Below, piece after piece: positions 57,621 to 64,000 of a stretch of 64,000 nt of DNA (its first letter is position 1; each line of letters opens with the position of its first letter). The notes under the pieces were generated by a model. It searched no databases and had not been told where the DNA came from. It was given only the letters and a program-made list of their open reading frames with translations. Position numbers and translations under genes: made by a program. This DNA is from Eledone cirrhosa (Eukaryota), in NCBI GenBank assembly GCA_964016885.1, contig OZ024748.1:58094001-58158000 (forward strand). The letters run 5' to 3'.

Positions 57621-59720
57621 TAACTAGAACTCTATCATTCGTATGAAAGCAACGATATGAAGGTGCCTATTATCTACCACTGATTACCTTATTTTACCGT
57701 TGTCTCCATTGGGACACACTCCACAATTATATACTCTAAATTCTATTTAGAGTTTCGTGAATATATTCTAGTATTGAAAATATTTTAGTGTCCAATTTCA
57801 TTGAAGCAAACAACCTGTCATATATTGTGTAAAATTATTTTGTTTTTCTAGACACATTTTTTCTCCTGAAATTAAATTTAGTGAAATCTCATTTAAGAGA
57901 ACCTCACCACATTGTTTGGACTCCAATGTATTAAATTATGAATGATTTGAATATATGGACTTGAACTTTGAATATGTTCAGATTATTGTAACAGCGACCC
58001 GAGTATAGAAAAATATATTAATGATTTTCGTATTATGTATTTCAGAAATGTATTCGAAGCTGCTTGTGGGATTCTCACAAATACAACTTCATCATTCTCA
58101 GGTAATTCACCATATTTTGTAGTAATTATAGATATTCTATATGTATGTTATTAATAATTCCATACCTAGTATCTAGTGCCACGCATTTTAATCAATGGAT
58201 TTAGACGAATATTCAGATATATTGCTGTCACACTTATATATTGTCACACTTTGAGTATAATCAAACCTTTGGAGGGATATTTTAAAATAACCTGTATTTC
58301 TTTTCTAGTTAGATGGTGTTTGGTATATCACTTAAATATTTCTTAAATATAAATAAGATAAAAGGTTTTAAATGTAAATTAAATCACTTTAAATGGGACA
58401 ATGATGAATCATAAAACCAGAGCCAGTTTCAAGTGGGTAGTGTCAGAAGGGTTAATAAGTACTGGACTTAATATATTGAAATTGAATCCGTTGATGTAGG
58501 GCTCAAGTTTGATCCAAAGATTGAAACCAACAATAGAATAAACTAATAAAAGACCAACTATAAACAGACATTTATATATCTTCGTTAATGATGATGACGA
58601 CGCTTGACCCATCTGCAGTTTCCACCGTGGGACCTCTGTTTTCTCATCGGTTGCACTGTATAGACGTTAAATCAATATAGACGTTACTGAAGATTTCACA
58701 GGCGTTTAGATAATTCTCATGCAATCAACGAAACAATATGCGACAATGATGGTCCTATTATATCACAGACAAAATCAATCAAAGTAGGTTCCACACATTT
58801 AGATCTAATGAATAACATCCATAAGGCCTAGGTCGATGGAAGGATAGTGTAATGCATACCATTCCAGCATGCCAGCTGTCGGTGCAAATCGGGAGTCTAG
58901 TGATTGCATTTGAAGAGAAGTTCTTAACCACATTCATAGATACATACATATATATTTACGTGGACTTCTATGACTACTTATAATAACATCAACAATAATC
59001 GAATCCTTTTGTAGTCCTGTACGCTGGGTGCAGCTCCAATAGCAACGCTCCCTAGATCTAGAGCCCATAACCCTTACCTTCCTCTTTCATTCTTCTGTAA
59101 CACTAGAGCCCTTGTCTTACCCTTATCCGCTTTCCTAACCACAAACGACACTTGAATTTTTACAGTAAAGTTTAATTACGTTAAAAGAAATAATATAATT
59201 ATTATAGCTTTTGTTAATGTTACTTTTTCCAACTTTATCTTTTGTTGGTGACTTACTGAAATTTGCATTCCGTTTCTTGTTTTTACACACTTGTTTAAGT
59301 AGATAAATCATTTTTAATATCAGGATGTTGTGGTATACGAGTTCATGAAATCGTATAATGTTTAATATAATCGAAAATATATTTAATCCAGGTGATAACA
59401 AACAACCTCAAACACATAAAATTTATTTATTTTAGTGTTTATATTTATCTAAAACTCTGCATATTAATTTTATGTAAGAATCTTTAGATTAGTTTTAATA
59501 ATTTATTTAATAGCTTATATATATGAAACTTTGTTTAGTTTGTACTTTTTAAGGTATGCTCAGCTTAATAAGCAGAAAGTTATATTACTAAATATTTTTT
59601 AACACTTTATTTTCATTAGAAATATAATATTAAGAGGAATATCTGAAACAGTATTTGCTTATCACATGTGCCTTGTTGCTCCCAGTATGACGTTTGGCCT
59701 ATTATTAATATAATACATAT

Positions 59721-60052
59721 TACCAGTAATGCATTGGGTAATTGCTGGCCTTGTGCCTCAAGTAGAAACAATTATTATTTATAGAATAATGAAAGCGTGA
59801 ATTTAACATTACCTGTGCCGTAGTTGCGTGAATGAGATGATTATTTGGCCAGTGCAGCACTTGAATGGAAGGGAGAAAGTAATACACTATATAACAAATA
59901 AGCAATATTATGGTAAAATTCGCCCTTGCCATTCTGAGTTCAAATCCCACGCATGTTAACTTTGCCATTCATCCTTACGTGGTCGTTAAAATTAAGTACC
60001 AGTAATGCACTGGGATAATTGCTGGCCTTGTGCCAAAAGTAGAAACAATTAT
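59721..60052 (+). mobile_element. Two 5'-truncated SINE A copies (59721-59777, 59925-60052)
   Basis: TACCAGTAATGCA.TGGG.TAATTGCTGGCCTTGTGCC..AAGTAGAAACAATTAT tails. Confidence 0.85.
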
Positions 60053-60198
60053 GGTAAAAAACGCCGACAAGTGAGAGTTTTAGTCAATGAAATGTTAACA
60101 ACTTGGTTGTGTGTCGTTAAATATATATAGCAAGTATATGAAATCTTGTGTAAAATGAAACGATTACTAAAACAAGTAAGCAAGTATATACATAATAC

Positions 60199-60291
<93 letters not shown>

Positions 60292-60529
60292 GTGAGAGGC
60301 AGAGGGACGTAGCTGGTAAATAGATGATGGGTTAGCAACGAAAACAGGTGACAATGAAAAAAACGTAAATATATATTGCTGAAAATTTTCAGTTGGTTAT
60401 GTATATAATGACAGATATAAGTATGAGATTTAGTGTCTTTATTCCTCTCTTTACTTTAACTTATAGTATTAAATTTATATATATATAAAGTTAAGAACAT
60501 ATTGACCGTTATCGTAGGTTATATAAATA

Positions 60530-60625
60530 TAAATAAATATGTATTTGTGTATGAATATATGAATGCATACATGTGTATGTATATATGTGTGCATACATGT
60601 GTATGCATATATGGATGCATATATG

Positions 60626-60686
<61 letters not shown>

Positions 60687-61186
60687 GCGTGTATATATAT
60701 ATGCGTGTATATATATGTGTGTGTATACATGTGTGTGTGTATATGTGTGTGTATATATATGTGTGTGTATATATGTGTGTGTATATATGTGTATATATAT
60801 ATGTGTATATATATATAGGTGTATATAAATGTGTATATATATATATGTGTATATATATATATTTATATATATATATCTGTGTATATTTATATATATATAT
60901 ATATATATATATCTGTGTATATTTATATATATCTATATATATATCTGTGTGTATATATATATATATGTATATATATATATGTGTGTGTATATATGTGTGT
61001 ATATTTATATGTATATATATGTGTGTGTGCATATATATAAGTGTATATATATGTGTATATATATGTGTATGTATATATGTATATATATATATATATATAT
61101 ATGTGTATATATATGTGTATATATATATGTATCTGTATATATATATGTTTATATATTATGTATGTGTGAATATTTGTGTATATTTA

Positions 61187-61217
<31 letters not shown>

Positions 61218-61722
61218 TTGTGTGTGTATATATCTATATATATATATGTGTGTGTATATATATGTGTTTGTATATATGTTTGTGTATATATATATATATA
61301 TGTGTGGATATATATGTGTATATATTTATATATATATATATATGTTTATATATATTTATATGTTTATATATATTTATATATATATATATATATATATGTT
61401 TATATATATATATGTTTATATATATATATATATATATATGTTTATATATATATATATATATATATGTTTATATATATATATGTTTATATATATATATATA
61501 TATGTTTATATATATATATATGTTTATATATATATATGTTTATATATATATATATGTTTATATATATATATGTTTATATATATATATGTTTATATATATA
61601 TATATATATATATATGTTTATATATATATATATGTTTATATATATATATATGTGTATATATATTTATATACATGTGTATATATATATATGTGTGGGTATA
61701 TATATGTGTGTGTATATATATT

Positions 61723-61753
<31 letters not shown>

Positions 61754-61756
61754 GTG

Positions 61757-61799
<43 letters not shown>

Positions 61800-62030
61800 A
61801 TATATATGTGTGTGTGTGTGTATACATGCGTGTGTGTGTGTATATATATGTGTATATATATATATGTATATATTTGAGTGTGTGTGTGTATATATGTATA
61901 TATATTTGAGTGTGTGTGTGTATATATGTATATATATTTAAGTGTGTGTGTGTGTATATATGTATATATATTTAAGTGTGTGTATATATATATGTATATA
62001 TATGTGCGTGTGTGTGTATATATATACATA
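60530..62030. repeat. ~1.5-kb degenerate TA/TG compound array
   Basis: Directly visible. Confidence 0.95.
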
Positions 62031-62286
62031 TTTATAATTTTCCCCTGGAGATTATTTTCCTTTGTGTCGTGTCATTTTTGTATCACATTTAATCTCCTGT
62101 ATAATTTTATAGTAGAAACTTCCATATGTTCTGGCATTCACAAATATTGACTTTTCCCTTCTGCTACTGCTGATAGTTGTTATATTGTATTATGGTTTTC
62201 TGTTGAAATATTGTTTGATCTGCTTAGATTTGCTTTTTTTATCTTGTTCTCTAGTAATATTTGCCTCACCATTCCTGCCAGTATAT

Positions 62287-62349
<63 letters not shown>

Positions 62350-62399
62350 CCTAAACATGTGCTGGCAGGAATGGTGAGGTAAATGTTACGAAAAAATTA

Positions 62400-63345
62400 A
62401 ATAAAATATATTATATATTATATAAAAAATCTTCGTCCAAGGGAGTTTGTTTCCTGATGATTTACAAACTCGTGAATTTATCCTTGATATGATATTTCCA
62501 AAAGGCGAATGAAACCTCATGGGGTAGAAACATAATTTTCGTATGCTTATATACAATTTTTCTTCTAACTTTGATTTCTACCTAATTGTGTATAGTTGAT
62601 ATATTTAATCGATTTCAACATGCTATTAGAAATGCTGGGTAAATATTGACAATTATTTTTATTTTCAATAAGGAATAGCATATCGTCACGATATAAACCA
62701 CCAGTCATCTCCGGTATTTTCCTATGTAAAATATTGTTAATAAAAAGGCCCACACATCCGTTAATTGCGCCGAGTCCGATAATCCCATAGTGATATCAAA
62801 AGAGTTATCTCTGTCTGCTCTAGTCAAAAGGCGGTTGCTAAATTTAATTAATGTTTTACGTGCAGTTAAGATAATGTCCTTACTAGTTAAATCTGTATAT
62901 TTTCATGCATATGTATGGGCTTTATTAAGTAGATAAGGAGTGATATATGAGTAATCATTAGAAATATACAATTGAATAAATTTATTGTTATGCTTATATT
63001 TAATGTCCTTAAACCAGTCAATAACTTCAATAGTCCAATTCGATAATTTTAAATAAGATATTTCCTTAAGTTGTGGTATGATTCTATCTAAAATATTCTT
63101 GCTAAGTATGCAAAGGTCCGATTTACATGGTGCAATCAATCTAACTGGTAATTCAATTTCAAAATTTATTTTATGGTCCTTCATATTAATTTTTGGTTTC
63201 CTAGGTATGAAAGGTTGAGTGCTATTTTCGATGGCTAATTCTTGCATTATATAAGAAGCTTCAGTATTTAGTTTTTCAAGGTCATCATTGGTTGCTCTTT
63301 TGTAATTCTTCCTTAATTCCTTGCATACTCAATCATAATTTTCTA
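62400..63345 (-). pseudogene. Penelope-like reverse transcriptase fragment, frameshifted
   Basis: KDHK.NF...PVRLIAPCKSDL..SK.ILDRI, VIDWF, ARKTL, FDITMG and GGLYRDD spread across broken frames (ORFs 62903-63247 and 62565-62753). Confidence 0.88.
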
Positions 63346-63376
63346 TCACCCTCAATATCTCCACTATCAAGGAAGC

Positions 63377-63547
63377 TCCAACCGTTAAGGTAGTCTTTTT
63401 TCGGGGTATGTCAATATTTATTTATGAAACAAATCTGTATTTTATCTGAGGAAAGCGCACCATAATTTGCCTTGGTGGCCCTTGAAATATGTATAATAAA
63501 ATAAATATGGTTTTATACATATAGTTTCCATTTATTAATATATTGTA

Positions 63548-63550
<3 letters not shown>
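63377..63550 (+). mobile_element. P4 pLTR inverted against the RT fragment; HHR at 63440-63501
   Basis: Aligns with 51712-51880; TTTTAT-CTGAGGA-AAG..CACCA..TGGTG..CTT-GAAA-T atgt A-TA-ATAAAA. Confidence 0.88.
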
Positions 63551-63607
<57 letters not shown>

Positions 63608-63689
63608 TATATATATATTTATATATATATATATTTATATATATATATATTTATATATATATATATTTATATATATTTATATATATATA

Positions 63690-63736
<47 letters not shown>

Positions 63737-63789
63737 ATTTATATATATATATATTTATATATATATATATGTTTATATATATATATATT

Positions 63790-63854
<65 letters not shown>

Positions 63855-64000
63855 ATTTATATATATATATATTTATATATATATATATTTATATATATAT
63901 ATAATTATATATATATATAATTATATATATATATATATTTATATATATTTATATTTATATATATATATATTTATATATATATATATTTATATCTATATAT
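63551..64000. repeat. (TA)n array with TTT interruptions, running off the window
   Basis: Directly visible. Confidence 0.95.

Overview
AT-rich, microsatellite-saturated eukaryotic DNA. It is most likely from an octopus or other cephalopod; this is an inference from the tRNA-derived SINE families and the (TA)n/(CA)n content. I can support no host protein-coding exon, and nearly all listed ORFs are YI/CV/HT read-throughs of microsatellites. The real coding remnants are three Penelope-like element (PLE) fragments (RT+GIY-YIG 40190-41585 -, GIY-YIG 35607-36137 +, RT 62400-63345 -) and an RTE-type LINE 3' fragment (56055-56400 -). About 20 copies of a tRNA-derived SINE are present, four with clear 13-17 bp TSDs. 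The main unexplained signal is that most short unique islands wedged between (TA)n tracts are PLE pseudo-LTR or retrozyme-like modules carrying type I hammerhead ribozyme (HHR) motifs. I read about 25 motifs from roughly 15 sequence-unrelated families, folded by eye. They mostly sit in head-to-head inverted pairs with both 3' ends pointing into (TA)n. They include three families with a compensatory U3:A8 core, systematic non-canonical 10.1-11.1 closures, mixed-family pairs, and one 532-nt tandem non-coding unit. A weak candidate promoter and first non-coding exon on the minus strand (about 50337-50975) would make the left 50 kb intronic. No ribozyme activity or family identity was computed; labels P1-P14 are my own.
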